DNA of 64,000 bases from Podarcis tiliguerta (lineage: Eukaryota): assembly GCA_965153285.1 (NCBI GenBank), contig OZ229125.1. The stretch is one strand, 5' to 3'. The position numbers and the translations under genes are program-made. How positions within the stretch are numbered: the stretch's first letter is position 1; each line of letters begins with the position of its first letter. Below the pieces are notes generated by a model that saw only the letters and a program-made list of their open reading frames with translations, was not told where the DNA came from and searched no databases. Shown here in pieces: positions 38,221 to 53,413 of the stretch.

Positions 38221-40742
38221 ATTACAACTTCTATGCCAGGAAGTTGCTTCAAGTTCCAAGCTAAGGCTATCCAGCAGAACCACGCTGATACGAGTAGCTT
38301 TAGTATTGCTGTACTTCCTTAAGAAAACAATTCACTTAACACACACACACAAAATATGCAGGGTTAATAAATATAGAGAGGCTGCATGAGGCATCTTTCC
38401 TGCACATGCCCTTACCTACATTTCCAGCTGGTGTTTCTGCAGGAGATGTGAGATTATACTCCTGGTATGAGAGAGAGTATGGGAAAGGGTGGGAGCCTGT
38501 GGATAAGGCAGCTTGCTTACTATGTTCTGTGTTACATGAAATGGATGTGGCTTTCTCAAAAGGTTGGAAGCATTAAAAAGCCACACCAAAGACATGCCAA
38601 GGAGAACCTGTAAGCAAGCAGGGGGACTGGCAAAAGAACCAAGGTCACTGCCAACCTTCTGCCCTCCAGTTTTGGACCACAATGGGAGTTGTAGTCCAAA
38701 ATAACAGAAGAGCCCCAGGTTGGGGAAGGCTGGGATAATCTAACCAACTGCACACATGGTCCTCCGTACTCAATGGCCAGAGTTTGTTCAAGCTCCTCAA
38801 CCCACAAGGCCAGTAGAGCCGCTTTGCCCAGAGAGACACACCAGGCTTGCTTCTTCCTTTCGGCTTCTGAACTTCAAAGGGTGGAAAGCCACCGACTTTT
38901 AGATGTTACATCCAGTAGGATATAACTAGAAGAGGCTTGCAAGCAAAATTCCACTGCCTTACTATGGAAGCCATCAAGACCACACACAAAATGCCAGAGT
39001 AACTAGGTGTGGGTGCTGTGGGAAGAAGCAAAAGGCCTGACAGAGAGTATCTGTGCATCTTCTGGTTCCTATTTTTTCCTCTGGGAAATTAATTCTTAGT
39101 ACAGCCAAGTTTAAAGTCCAGTAAATTTTATCCAGGAGCAAAAGACTGAGGAGTACTGAAGATGAGCATATATTTCAATATTTGCCCGACTCAACACTCT
39201 TCTAATAGTTTTGAGACTAATTCTTTTTTTTTTTTAAGGCACGCCCCACACACTTTTCTTGCTGCAATGTTTGCTTGGGTTTTAATCAAAAAGAAGAACC
39301 CCCACTAATCTCTCCAGTGCAAACAAGCACTACATAATTATAGGACAGGCATTTGAGAATGAGGATGCAGTCGGACCAAGAAATCTGCTTGCTACTGAAA
39401 ATAAGCTTTGACCACAAAAAAGTGCTGCTTTCTCAGGCCATAAAACAGTTGCTCTCCACACACACACAAAAACACACACACACACAAGCATCCACACCCC
39501 TTGGGGACCCTCCCTGCCTTACTCAACCAAACTAAGCTAAATGAGGACTAGGCTCCACTCGGCTGAGGCCGGCAGCACCTGGTTCTTTCGTCAGAAGTCT
39601 CTTCGATACTTGGGAAGGAAGAAACCTAAAAGATTGTCATTTAAGGACAAGAGCATTCTGCCAAAGGGGATGGGATGATGAGGGTGAAAAACCAAGGAGA
39701 TAAAAGCAGCCGCTGACTTGGGTAGGACAGATCTTGTCCCAGCTCACCCCCCACTTGGCATCTGCACAGCCTCTAGGCATTTGGAGGGAGGGAGATGTTT
39801 GCCCTGGTTTCCTGTGCAAGCCTCAAGTGTGTGGAGGACGTATGGAAACAGGGCTTGGTGGAGCACACTCAGAGGGCTGCCAAACCAACAGTTTCTACAG
39901 CATAGCAAGTGCTACAATAGAGAGGGAAATTTGGGGGGTGGGAGAAGGGATCCAGCTCTGCTTTTAAAAAGAAAAGGGAAGTGGGTTCGTTATTGGGTTC
40001 CTAAAGCTATCGTTCCCCCTCCCTCCCCCACAAGGACCAGCAGTGTGCAGAAATCCCAGGGGGGCACCAAGGTGACAACATCAACCACAACTCTGATCCA
40101 CAGAAGGGAGGAGGTATGTCCTTTTGTGCATCGCAGACCCAGACAGAATTCCCCGCCTGCTTGAGAAAGCCTCCACTTGACGTCGGTGTCCCAGCGCTCA
40201 CTGCAGGCGATCCCAGCCAGCTTCCATTCAACTCATGGCCTCTTGTGTCTTTAGTCTCTGCTTCACATTTTTTGAATGTCTTTCTCCTGACCCTCCACAA
40301 GACAAAACTAATGAGTAAAAGGTAGCAGCATTTTATGGAGAGAGGAACATGTTTAAAGGATAATAAGGGTACCTTGCTCTACCCATGAGAGCTACACCAT
40401 AAAGGAGCGAGCAGAGCAGGAGGCGAGGAGAAGAGAGAGTGTTTTGATTTATGGTGCCACTGAGTAAGGGGAACGATCACGAGGGGCGGAGAGAGGTGGG
40501 GTTGTGAATCTGAAGATGAAAAGCACCTGCAGCTTGAAGAGTCCTAGTGTGCGTGTCTTCAATTTGCACTTCTCCTGACAGAAGGATAGAAAGTGCCATA
40601 TACGTTCCCCTGTCTCTTCCTCATTTTCCTTCTTCCATCTCATCTCTCTTTTTTTTAACTTTTTTTTTTTTTTGGCAAAAGTGCAACCACCCTCGGCTAC
40701 CACAGTTTGGACACAGCCACCACGTGGCAAAAACCTTGGGCT
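36280..40742 (-). other. SETD1B: Probable long SETD1B 3' UTR
   Basis: Follows the stop codon; few transposons; U-rich on the sense strand; AATAAA (minus) at 36557-36562 and 36598-36603; distal end uncertain. Confidence 0.55.
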
Positions 40743-40916
<174 letters not shown>

Positions 40917-41159
40917 CTAAAACAAAAGAAGCAGTTAATTAAAAGCTTTGGCTTAAGGATGTTGATTCGCTTGTTTAGATTTTGGACCCATCCCTGTCTT
41001 AGTATGTGTGTGCATGTGTGTGTTCTGTGTTTCTGGGAAGGGAGGCTGAAGAAACAAAACAAAAAATTCTTTCTAGCCACCTTTTAATATACTTGAGAAG
41101 CACAGCATTAGGCACAGAGAAAATTTAAAGAAGTTGCAAAGATCACTGGTTTAAGTTGC

Positions 41160-41665
41160 TGGTTTTAACCTTTAAAGCCGTACACGGCCTAGGACACACG
41201 TACTATGGGACCGCTTCTCCCGGTATGCCCCACGGAGGACCTTAAGGTCCACAAATGACAACACTTTGGAGGTTCCAAGTCACAAGGTGGTTAGATTGGT
41301 CTCAACTAGGGCCAGGGCCTTTCCAGTACTGGCCCTGACTTGGTGGGACGCTCTGTCACAATAGTCTAGGGCTTTGCAGGACTTGACACCTTTCTGCAGG
41401 GCCTGCAAGACAGAGCTGTTCCACCTGGCCTTTGGTTTGAATTCAGTCTGACCCTTATGTTTTCCCTCCCCTTACGATTTTGATCCATGGGCTACTTTTA
41501 AAATGAGGCTGCATTTTAAATTGCATTTTAACCAGTATTTTAAATTGTCCCCCCCATTATGTTTTTATTGTAATTTTACTGGTGTTAGCCACCCTGAGCC
41601 CGGCTCTGGTCGGGGAGGACAGGGTATAAATAATAATAATAATAATAGTAATAATAATAATAATT
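41160..41665 (+). mobile_element. L2-clade LINE 3' fragment in the last SETD1B intron
   Basis: accttTAAAGCCgtacacggcct...AGGGCCTT..., (AAT)n tail; boundaries approximate. Confidence 0.65.
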
Positions 41666-42289
41666 GCTAAACAGGTATGAGGAGCAGGGGAGGGAAATCA
41701 AAACTGAAGAGCCAACCATCAGTCACCTCCTTGTATAAGACAGCATGAGCCTGAGGATTGTGGGAAACAGAGAGGCCACTGGAGTGGGAAGGTCCACCCA
41801 CCCACCCACCCACCCACATGGACTCTCTACCCCTACAAGTTTGTTGCCCCACTGTGATGACAGTTGGAGCCACCAGGGGACACAAAAATGAATTGGGGGG
41901 TGGGGGTGGGGAGGTGACAGGGGCTTGGAAAGGGGAGACGCTGCCACGACCCGGGTGACGCCAGGGAGAAACGCCCAATTTTGAATGGATCTCTCAGGGC
42001 CATCCACTTGCACCTGCCTGCAGTTGAGATAAAGCCAGGACACAGGGTGAGCCTGTGGCAAAGCGGTGGGTGTCTTCCATCCCTCTGCACATGGGGATGA
42101 GGCCTTGCCACAAGAAGATTGTGGGCTTGGCAGCAGCAACTGCAGTGAGGGAAAAACCAGGACCAGGGCAGCCCTCAGCAGCTGGTAATGGAGAGCAGAG
42201 GAAGAGGTGGTGTTGGGGGTGGCAGCATTGCGTCCTGGACGCTTTGCTTTGATGACACCCCCCGCCTGCCCCTGCTAACAACAGCCCTA

Positions 42290-42784
<495 letters not shown>

Positions 42785-43492
42785 TCAGTATTTTGCTGCT
42801 CACCATTTTATAAAGACCCTCCATGGCTGAAAGTAGAAAGATTTCAAAAGGTAAACACAGAGAGCAGCATTTTCACAGAGATACTGGCATAGGAGACGGC
42901 AATACAGCCGACTCACAAGTTGTGTGTATTTGACTAGTGTGGTTGCAGTTGTATGTGTCTGGCAGCTGGCCAGAACTCAACCGCACAAATTAAACACAGC
43001 AAGGCAGACAACATAAAAGCTCTTTCCGTGCCAATCCCATGCAATACCTTCCCAGAGCCCAGGGATCAGGACTGAAGCAGCCACCTTGGGCTGCAAAATC
43101 TTGTAAGGTGGCACCCCACCCACCCAGCTCAGTGTTGACAGCAGCAGCTTCTGATTAGAACTCGCAGAACTCTCACAACAACTCACAGAGCTTGTGAGAT
43201 CTCACATGAAATCTTGCGAGAGTTCTGCATCATCTGGTGAGAAGCAGCATCTTCTTGTTTCACCTCAGGTGTCAAAATGGGGTGGGCCACCCATGCTGGT
43301 AAGCAAAGCAGAAAGCTTAAAAGATCTCCACTTTGCATGGGGGGGGGGGCAAGGCCCACTTGGAAAAGTAAGAATGGCCGAAGGGGGCAGTTCTGGGGTT
43401 GTCATTGCTGCTGTAGAGAACAACGCATGTATCAGACCTTCAATCAGTAAATAAAGCATTTTAAACTTTCTGAACGTCGTGTGGTCTGTTTA

Positions 43493-43930
<438 letters not shown>

Positions 43931-44334
43931 TCAGAAGATCCATTTCTAAATAAGCCGAAACCACGTTTTAGAGGCTGCTTAGCTTGGGCCATGGCAGCCA
44001 GTGGCCCTTCCTGCCACACTTCCCATTTTAATGCTACTTTATCAGAGTAACAGAAAACAGAGAGACATGTAGAATATAAAATAATGGCAGTCCGTAAAAA
44101 CTAATATGGAGTTACTTGAAGAGAACAGGCAATCCTGTTTGATATAACTTGTTCTTCACAGGCCATCTCCAGGGTGTGAGGAACTGCATTAAAGCCAACA
44201 TGGTAATTCGGAACAAAACTACAGTCATGAGTTTTCCAAAGTCATTTAGATTATTTAATTGCCATTTTATTCCCTGCTTGTGTAAATAATAAAACTGTTG
44301 GTTCAAACAGTTTTGTCCTTTCAAGATTTGCAGC

Positions 44335-44730
44335 CAAGATGATCAAGGGTCTGGAAACCAGGCCTTATGAGAAATGGTTGAAGGAGCCGAGTACGTTTAA
44401 CTTGGAAAAGAGGAAACTGAGAGGAAATAGGATAGCCATCTTCAACTATCTCAAGGGCCCCCATATGGAGGAGGGAGCAAGCTTGTTTTCTTCAGCTCTG
44501 GAGGGGAGGAGTCGAACCAATGGCTTCGACAAGAAGATTCTGACTAAACAGCAGGAAGAACTTTCTGACAGTATGAGCTGTTTGACAGTGGAAAGGACTC
44601 GCTTGGTAGACTCTCCTTCCTTGGAGGTTTCGAAGCAGAGGTTGGATGGCCATCTATCATGGATGCTTTAGCTGGAACTCTTGCGTTGCAAATGACCATT
44701 CCAACTCTGCAATTCCACAGTTCTATTATT
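44335..44730 (+). mobile_element. CR1 3' fragment
   Basis: MIKGLETRPYEKWLKEPSTFNLEKRKLRG...SPSLEVSKQRLDGHLS. Confidence 0.85.
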
Positions 44731-44803
44731 TTGGGTGAGTTTTTCATTTAGGGCCCCTGCCACACTTCAGTATACAAATAAGTTGAATTGGAACTCCTTT
44801 AAA

Positions 44804-45151
44804 GGTAAAGGGACCCCTGACCATTAGGTCCAGTCATGACCCACTCTGGGATTGCGGCGCTCATCTCGCTTTATTGGCCGAGGGAGCCAGTGTACAGCTT
44901 CCGGGTCATGTGGCCAGCATGACTAAGCCGCTTCTAGCGAACCAGAGCAGCGCACGGAAATGCTGTTTACCTTCCCGCCGGAGCGGTACCTATTTATCTA
45001 CTTGCACTTTGAGGTGCTTTCGAATTGATAGGTTGGCAGGAGCAGGGACCGAGCAACGGGAGCTCACCCCGTCATGGGGATTCAAACCGCCAACCTTCTG
45101 ATCGGCAAGCCCTAGGCTCTGTGGTTTAACCCACAGCGCCACCCGCGTCCC
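44804..45151 (-). mobile_element. Full-length Sauria SINE, 15-bp TSD
   Basis: TSD TGGAACTCCTTTAAA at 44789-44803 and 45152-45166. Confidence 0.93.
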
Positions 45152-45534
45152 TGGAACTCCTTTAAATCTCTCCAAATTTTGGCAACCATCATTCTACTTG
45201 CCACAAATGTATCTCCAATTAAGTTTTATTATGCAATTCCAAGTAAATGTAATGGTGCCAACTGAGGGATTTTAACCATTCCTTCTCCAGCTACTTTTCT
45301 CAATATCTGGAATTTCTTGAAATGTCACACCCCAGAATTCCTGCTACCCTTCAGGCCTTCTCTTAAAGGGACTTGCAGATTCCTTCTGCAAAGCTTGCCC
45401 CAAGACCACAGCAACATGATTTTAACCCTTTCCTGCCATTCCTCAATCAAATACTTCGTCACTTGGAAGGCAGACAAGTTCACTGACCAGTTATAGTAAA
45501 TGGAGGCTTCCAAGAGGGAAGCTGCACAACTTAC

Positions 45535-45666
45535 CTTGAGCTGGTTGAATTTGAGCAAGTCACTGTCGCAACTGCCGGGTAAGGAGGACAGAAGCCTGCG
45601 TTGCTCAGACCTCCTCTCGGAGCCAGCCCGGGTGGAAACGTGCACCTGGGCAGGGATGCTCATTCC
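45535..45666 (-). CDS. SETD1B: SETD1B exon (n-SET, arginine-rich motif)
   Basis: cag|[44 protein letters not shown]|gtaagt; 132 nt. Confidence 0.96.
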
Positions 45667-46686
45667 CTGGGGACCAAAAACAGGACAGCATAGCAGTTAG
45701 CAAGCAGGTGAGTGGAACTGGTCCCAGGCAGGTTTAGCCTCAAGGCTGGGGCGATCTCAGTGACACAGCATCTGCACGCTGAGAAATATTTTTGCTCAAG
45801 ATCCCAGAGAGCTGCTCAAAGATGGCCGACTGGCCCATAGCCAAGGGGCAGTGCAGGCCGTGCTTATCTTGCAGAGGGCGCCAGGCTCAATTCCTGGAGC
45901 CTGAAGGAAGAGGGAAGGTGGCGAGGAAGACCAGGGCTGGATGCCCATAGCCAGTCAGAGGAGCCAGTAGTGGGAGAGGTAGAACAATGGCCTGACAAAG
46001 CATAAGCCAGCCACACACCCACCAACCTGTCGCCCTCCAGATGTTTTGGGCTATAACTCCCATCATCCCAAGCCAACACAGCTATGTAGTGGTCCAAAAC
46101 AACTGCAGGACGCTGAACTGGCAAAAAGTGGTGTAATGTAAATTCATATATTATTGTTTTTTGCTGACTTGATCATAAGGCAGTTACTTACTAGGCAAAA
46201 GGTTCCTGCACTGCAGGCAGTTGGACCAGATTACCCTCATGGTCTCTTCCAACTCTACAATTCTATGATGCTATTCTATATAGAGAACATTCTATTCTTT
46301 TAAGTGAGCTAATAACATATATTAAATCCTATTAAAAATTAACTCCCAAACTGAATGCTCCCCACCCACCCACAAGTTTGTCCGGCCGCCTTTCCTAGCT
46401 CTTTTTCTGCTCCACTCTTCTGGCAAGGGAGAACGCACCCCAGCTGACTTGCCTGCCTCATTGCCCCATTTATACCCCCTAACATCTCATATCCCTGCCT
46501 GCCACCTTCTCCAGATGGTTACAATTAAGTCGGCAACTCAAGGGTGCAATTCAATCGCCATGTCTTTTCTGCCCCCAAACTGTAAGAGGGTTCAAGTGGA
46601 CTTCAGGGAGGAAGGAGGGAGGTGCCTACAGAACTCCCAGCCAGAACGGGACAGCAAGGAGAAAGAAGAGGGGGCCCGTCCTTTAC

Positions 46687-46853
46687 CTGCGTGTCGGCAG
46701 GAGGCTCCTCTGCAAATGCACGGCTGTTATTGAGGTATTTCAGTTTGTCCTTCTTGTCGATCTTGTAGTAGCCTTCGCTGCGGGCACAGCCTGTGACGTG
46801 CTCCCGCATCCCATCGTCCCGTTTTTTCTTCTTTGGAGTAGAAAAGCTGGTTG
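46687..46853 (-). CDS. SETD1B: SETD1B exon with the WDR5-interaction (Win) motif; acceptor is AC
   Basis: ccac|(P)[55 protein letters not shown]|gtaaag; 167 nt. Confidence 0.95.
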
Positions 46854-47116
46854 GTGGACTCCACGTTAAGGAAAAACGCAGGAAAGATGTGGGCTGCAAA
46901 GCCCTGCAATTATGCCGGCAAAGCTTGCTGGGCCCTTGGCCCTAAACCAGAGATGGGCAACATTTTCTAGCCTAAGGGCCTCCTTGCCACCTGGGCCATT
47001 TTCTGGGCTGAATACCAGTGGTGGGCAGGGCCAGAGGGGAAAGTAGGTGGAGAAATAGGTGTGGCTTTTACCTTTGCGGAGTCTGCTATATTCTGGCCAT
47101 AAGAAAGTCAGGAGTT

Positions 47117-47156
<40 letters not shown>

Positions 47157-47902
47157 CCTCCCTCCATCTAGGTAAGCATTAAAAACTTTCATGATGAAAA
47201 TATGTAACAAACAAGCGAGTTAAAAATCAGAAAAGGTAAAATGATTGCCTACCTAGGGGTGTCTTCAATACCTGGTGGAATGCCAGTCCCAGTGGGGCCT
47301 CTTGTTCTTCAGCAGAGAGGGCATTCCACAACACTGGAGCCACCAGAGGAAGAGCCCACCTTTGTGCTACCGCAAGCCAAGCATCATCCAGCCATGTCAA
47401 AGCTAGCTGGGTATCATTTGCTGATCTTAATGCTCTTACCTAGCAGTGATGGGGAAGGTGCTTTTTCAGGCATTAGCTAGAGGAATCTCTCCAATATGTA
47501 TTTGGTAAGGGAGTGGAATTTCCCATTTTCTCTGTTAGGCAGACCACTATGTAACAACTGCCAGACACAAAGCATGTCAAAAGTACCGTAATCTTCCACT
47601 GAACCATTGGCAGAGGAGCATGCGAGCCTGTTAAGTTTGCAAACTCATCAAGCAGAACTGAATTGTGTCTGACAAAGAGTTCTGTGAAATGCTAGGGTTG
47701 CATATCATTTTTACTAAACAAAATGATGCCAATAGATGGTACTAAGCAAACAGTTTAGTGTTCTGCCTTTATTTTTTCATTATTATATTTTTTGGGGGGG
47801 GGATGTTGAATTTGTTGGTGTTTTAATTATGTTTGGATTTTATAGTTTATTTTAAACTTGTAAACAGCTTGGAAACCATTTTGGCATGTTAGTGGTATAT
47901 AG

Positions 47903-47948
<46 letters not shown>

Positions 47949-49318
47949 CACCAGAATGGCTACAATGTTTAAAAATTAGTAGTGCTTTCAAAATAAAAGA
48001 TGCTGCACTTGCATATTACTAATCTTCACCTGTACTTTGATTTAGTTATGTTATTCATCACTGTTTCAGTTGCTACCACAACAATGCTTAGCAAAAATGA
48101 TTTATATGTCATCGTCATCAGCACCATTCCATTTCTAAGACTGTAGACTAGGAAAAGGTCTGAATGTCTGGTCCAGTTTCAGTGCTCCCAAGGAGGCCAG
48201 CACTTTAAATAGGGGTTTTAAATCTTTGCCACAGCAGGCGTCTCTAAAAACTCTTGCTTTAGTATGAAACAGTCAACTCAATTGGCAGAATTGTTAAGTA
48301 GAGCAAGAGGTTTTGCTGTGATGGGAAACAGGAGCTCAGCACACTCCATGGGACAAGGGAAGACTAACCTCAACAGGATGATGTCAACAAATGGGATATA
48401 TTACGAAGTTTGGGGGCTTAATGTCAGAACTGCTTTTTGAGCCCCCCAGCCTGTTGCACAGAAGAACCTTGAAATTCTGCAGACGTGTGTAGTAAGAACA
48501 AAAGCAGGTTTTCATGCGCTTCTAGAAGCTACAAGTCATATAAAAACTAGCCCAATATTTTAGGGCCAAAAATACATTTGTATCCGATGACTGCAAATAA
48601 TCATTACAGCAATGCCCAACTCTTTTTATGTAAAAGGCCCTTTATAAGAATGTAAGAAGAGCCTGCTGGATTAAGCCAACCAATTGCCCATCTAGTCCAG
48701 CATCCTGCCCACACAGTGGGGAACCAAATTTCTGTAGTAAACCTGCAAGCAGGACCTCCTGTGGTTTCCTGCTATTGTTTTTGACTGTAGTTATGGCACT
48801 GTCAGTTACGTTCAGGAGTCCAGCCAGACACCTTTAGAAACAGGGCTTTGCCCAGTCAAGGGGGTTCTGGAACTGCTGAGAAGCCTGCTCAAGAGTTACT
48901 GTTTCTGCTCCTATAGAGGAATAACTGGGTTCTTTTTTGGGCAGGATGGTGGCCCAGTCATTGCTGAAGAGACATATTTGCTGAATGACATTAATAAATA
49001 GGAAATATTAAAAAGTAGTCAAGTTTGTTGTTTTAGCAACTAAACTTAGAAAGGGTTTTGTGGACAACCGTGCATTAGACTAAGTTCTGTTTCTTATTCC
49101 ACTTTTTAAACAGTTTCTGGAACTGACCTGTTAGTACCATATGCAGTGTATATGTTTTCATATTTTTTCTGCAGTATTGTTAAGGCTTATTGCTTACAAC
49201 AAAATTACCAACCAAGTACAGCAATGCTCAATAAAACCAGCTCCTCAAAAACAATACGTCCCCAAGGAAGCCCAATCTGGTAATCCAGAAAAAAAAGAAA
49301 AAAGGAAAAAAAGGATAT
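46854..49318 (-). other. SETD1B: U12-type AT-AC intron of SETD1B
   Basis: 5' end ATATCCTT (49318-49311); branch site TTCCTTAAC (46873-46865); ends CAC at 46854; frame preserved. Confidence 0.93.
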
Positions 49319-50881
49319 GAGGATGGTATACCCAAAGGGTATCATTGAGCCAGTCCATGCCATTGTCTTGCTGCAACAAGTGATCGTATGTAACACATAG
49401 GAAATGGATATCCTCTTCGTCAATGCCCCCATTCCAAATGTCATATAAAATGGTCATCTCCTCAAACTCAGAGCGGGGCCTGAAGTGATACTGATGAGGG
49501 GAATACTCAGGGGAAGGAATTGTTGGAACGTCCTCCGGCCTCTTTTTCTGTCGCCTCCACTGTCTTTTGGATTTCAAGTAGGCCTCTTCTTCTTTCAAGT
49601 CCTCGTTCCACTGGTTCTCCAGCTCCTTAAAGGGAAGCTTCTCAGCTAGAACATCTGGGGGGAGCTTGTCATGGAAGCCTTCATTCCGGAAATCCAGGGT
49701 CACTGCTTCCGGATCTTTCAGGGCATAGAAAGCCTCTGGGTGGCTACTCAACAAATCTTTGCTCACAGCACTTTCAGTCAAGACAACTGGGATGGGAAGA
49801 AGAGGAGGCTCAATGGGCTTGCCAGAATAGGCATCCAACATAGGGCCCAAAGGAGAGGATCGTTTCGGCCGCCCTGGTTTCCTTTTGATGGGCAAGACAG
49901 AGGAGGGAGGCTGAGGCAGGAGAGGAGGGGAAGCCACAGAGACTTCTGGGTAGGGCAAAAGGGGCCGTGCCTCTGTGGTGTACTCCTCTAGAGGCATCTT
50001 TGAGTCCACAGAAAAGCTGGGGAGAGCAGCAAGAGGTACTGGCTGGCTAGGGGGCAAGTCGAGACGTGCAAGGAAAGCTGGGACAGGTGGACTGGCAAAG
50101 GGAATGGGGGAGGGAACACTGTTCATGCCAGCCAGTAAGGAAGCACCAAGAGGTTCTTTAAAGACTTTCTCGTCAGGTTCGTCTTCAGAGGGCTTCCTGC
50201 CTGACGAAAGGCAAGGAAGGCTAGCACCAGGCTCTGGGAAAGTCGGGGTGAAAGTGAAATCCCTCCCAGGCGTCCGAGGAATGCCGCCACTGTTGATCCC
50301 GGGGGACTGGGATGGGTAGGAAAAGGGGCTTCCTGGGACCTGAGGGGAACTTAAGGTCAAGCTGCTCCCTGTGAGAGGAGCGTCATTGCCAGGGGTGGCT
50401 GGGACAGTGTCCGTGCTCTGGGACTTGGAGAAAGTGTGAGAGCACTTGGCTGCAATGTCCCGTCCAGGAGTCCGAGGGAGCTCTTCTTCCAGAGCTGGTT
50501 TGGTCATGCTTAACTGATCCGGGAACTGCTCTGGAAGGAGGAATGGCTCCTCTTTACCAGATGTGACTGAGGGGAGGGGAAGTGAAGAAGGTGGCACCAC
50601 ACTGAGCGGAAGCCCAGGAGACTCCAAGTGAGCCTGCCGCTCTCCTCCGGGAGTCCAAGGGAGACGGTCCTCTTCCTCAGCTGAGCGGGACTGTCGGCTT
50701 TTTGCTGGGGCTTCAGAAATGTTGCTGTCCGGCTTGGTGAAAAAGGAGGTACTGCTGGCCAAAATGTCTCCAAAAAGCCCCACTGGCGTTGGTGGACAGA
50801 GGTTTTCTTCATCCTGACTCTCTGGCTGTGGGCAGACCAGCGCCTCAGGCTCCAGCTCGACATCAGGTTCAGACTCCTCCT
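49319..50881 (-). CDS. SETD1B: SETD1B large proline-rich exon into the n-SET region
   Basis: 1563 nt, phase 1 to 1; PRTPGRD repeats; ends [19 protein letters not shown]...[11 protein letters not shown]. Confidence 0.96.
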
Positions 50882-52927
50882 CTAGAAAGAAAAACACAGA
50901 AGAGCAAATGACACACCTTAAGGAAACACACCGTGGTTACAAAACTGCCTGAAGACTGGAAGGGACGCAAAGGGCATTTACCCCAAACATCTGGGGCTGG
51001 GAATGGAAACAGGATCTATACAGGCAGCAGACTGAAGGATGTTCACGGAGCACCGAGGTAAGAACCCACTTGCAAACCCCTGCAAAGCTCCACTAAGTCT
51101 TCAAGGATGCAGCTAACACATTTTCAAATTCCTGTCTAAAATCACAATGGCTAGAACTGTGCCATTAAAAAAGCAAATTTCACGCCAGATACCCAAGTAT
51201 CTACTTGGGCTGTCAGCACAAAGTGCACACAATCCTAATTTTCAGCGGTTTTTCTACATCATCTTTGCCACCACATAGTGACAAACCCAGCGGACAGAGA
51301 AGCCAGGCTGAACGAGGAAGTTAGATGGGGAGGAGTTAGCAGCCAGCAGCAGTTCTATTTAGCTGATCGGAAGACCTGTGAACAGGGATATTTGAGAGGG
51401 CGCTTTGAGGATGAAACCTGGAGTGCTTTCTCATAGAGCACGTAGAACCATGTGGTGGGGTAGGAGAGCTGAAAATAATGCCAATATATTTCACATCTGA
51501 CAGCCAATGCACGCCTTGGGTTTCAGATAATACATGGGTAGATGAGTCTTAAAAGCCCAGGACACAAATTTTTACAGCTCTCTAGCAGCTATGGTTGCTT
51601 GACGCTTAGTTTGGTCAGATTAGAGTAATACACTTCCAGAGTTAATACTAAATACATTACTTCTGGTAAATGAGCCACCGTATGATCGGACTTGTGTGTC
51701 CTTTCCCCTCTCCTACCCATGTGCTTATTCCCTTCCTCTTTCACAACAAATTGTGAGTTACCATGACATTTGAACTAGCAAACCATTGTTTATGTGCAAA
51801 CCACATAACTGGAAACCATGGTTCTACAGCAGAAACCAGGCTGAAACTCATTTTCATAAATGCCAAGCCACATTGCTACATCTGAACTGAGTTCATGTTT
51901 AAAAAAGAAGCTGGAACAACTATTATGAATTAATTGCCATGTCACTGGAACAACACAGCGCTATCAATTACTTTGTTTGGTCTTAGAACTAGAGCTGGGT
52001 AAATTGTCTGAAACTGGTATGGTGTTCAGATCACAATACTGCATCCAAACAATTTGAGCTGGCAATACATTGCAACAGCTCAAATTGCCTGCAGACAGCA
52101 AAGGTGCAGGCAGACAGGCAGAGCACCTTATCGGACTCCGTCTGCCTGCCTGCACGTGCCTTTGAGGAAGCCCCTGCACTGCCCCTCCAGCTCACATGAA
52201 TCAGAACAGCATCAGGGCTCACTCAGCTGAGGGGCGGGGGACTTATTGCTCCCCCCAGCTCATGCAAACCAGAGCAGTATCAGGGTTTGGTAGGGCTGGG
52301 CAATGTATCTCAGCTGCTTCTACCTCCTGTAAGGTGGGTAGGAAGAAGTAGCCGAGATACATTCCAGAGTCAGACATCATGAGATATCAGCATGTCACAG
52401 TATTTAGTTGCTGATATATCACGATGCTGAAAACCAGATATTGCCCAGCCCTGCTTAAAACTAAATGTGGAGGTTGAAAAGCAGCCACTTGTATTCAGAT
52501 CAGGAACTTGAACAAGAAATCCTAAGAGTAGGGCTAAGAGGGGCCTTTAAATCAAGATGCTGTTGAACTAGACACAATTTGAAACCAGCACAAGACACAT
52601 TAAGGCTGCTTCTGATGTGATCCTGTTCAGCCTTAAATCCCACAAGCCACTCCCACAGCAGCACGTGTGCCCAAACTTTATTTCAGAATGAGCTACACGT
52701 TCAGCTGCTCTGTGATTCACAGGTCTTTCTGGAGCCAGGGGCATTTTTTCATGACAGGTTCTGCACTCATGCAAGGCCTACCTCCAAATATTTTATCAGC
52801 TTTCCCCTCCAAAGGTAGGGACTCCTTCTCCAGGAGGAAAGGCAGGAGCAGAGACAGGCTTTCAGAGCCCTTACTCACCAGATACTGAGAGGAGAGAGTT
52901 TGCAAAATGGTCAAAATTGCCCCTCAC

Positions 52928-53413
52928 CTGGCACGCCCACTGGTGACAACTGCAGCTTCTCCTCCTGGGCTCTCTCAATCACCACCAGCACTTCAGCCAC
53001 AGACTGATGGAGGAGTTCCCCACTTTCCTCCTCTGCATGCTTGACTTCTTCCTTCTGCTCCTCTCCTTCTGGCATCAAAGGCTCCGGAAGAACTAGAGGA
53101 GTCCCTTCAATGTAATCGTCCACTGGAAACAATTCCAGGATGGTCTCCTTCTGATCATCGTCTTCAGCCTCTTGAGTGAGAGACTCAGGGGCCAGCTGCG
53201 TAGGCAGGGCTTCTGTTTCTTGCTGCAGAGACACTCGTTCTTCATCTTCCACCTGCTCCTCATAGTCCTCTTCCTCTTCCCCTTCCTCCTCTTCCTCCTC
53301 CTCCTCCTCGTCTTCATCAGAATCAGAGCTCGTCCCAAATTCTGAGGATTCCTCACTTTCATCAGATGACTCAATCTCTGCTCCAGAGGAGGCAGGACTT
53401 CCTACATCTTCTG
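52928..53413 (-). CDS. SETD1B: SETD1B acidic exon (NAGNAG acceptor)
   Basis: ccag|CAG|AAGATG...; 486 nt, phase 1 to 1; S/E-rich then ...SPVGVP+G|gtgagg. Confidence 0.9.

Noticed and set aside
49671-50863. Antisense and alternate-frame ORFs over the large SETD1B exon, likewise at 59669-60224
   Set aside because: Shadow ORFs of proline-rich, GC-rich coding sequence
52870-52927. Second strong donor (G|GTGAGT near 52878) downstream of the SETD1B acidic exon
   Set aside because: The extension contains an in-frame TGA at 52911-52913, so it cannot give full-length protein
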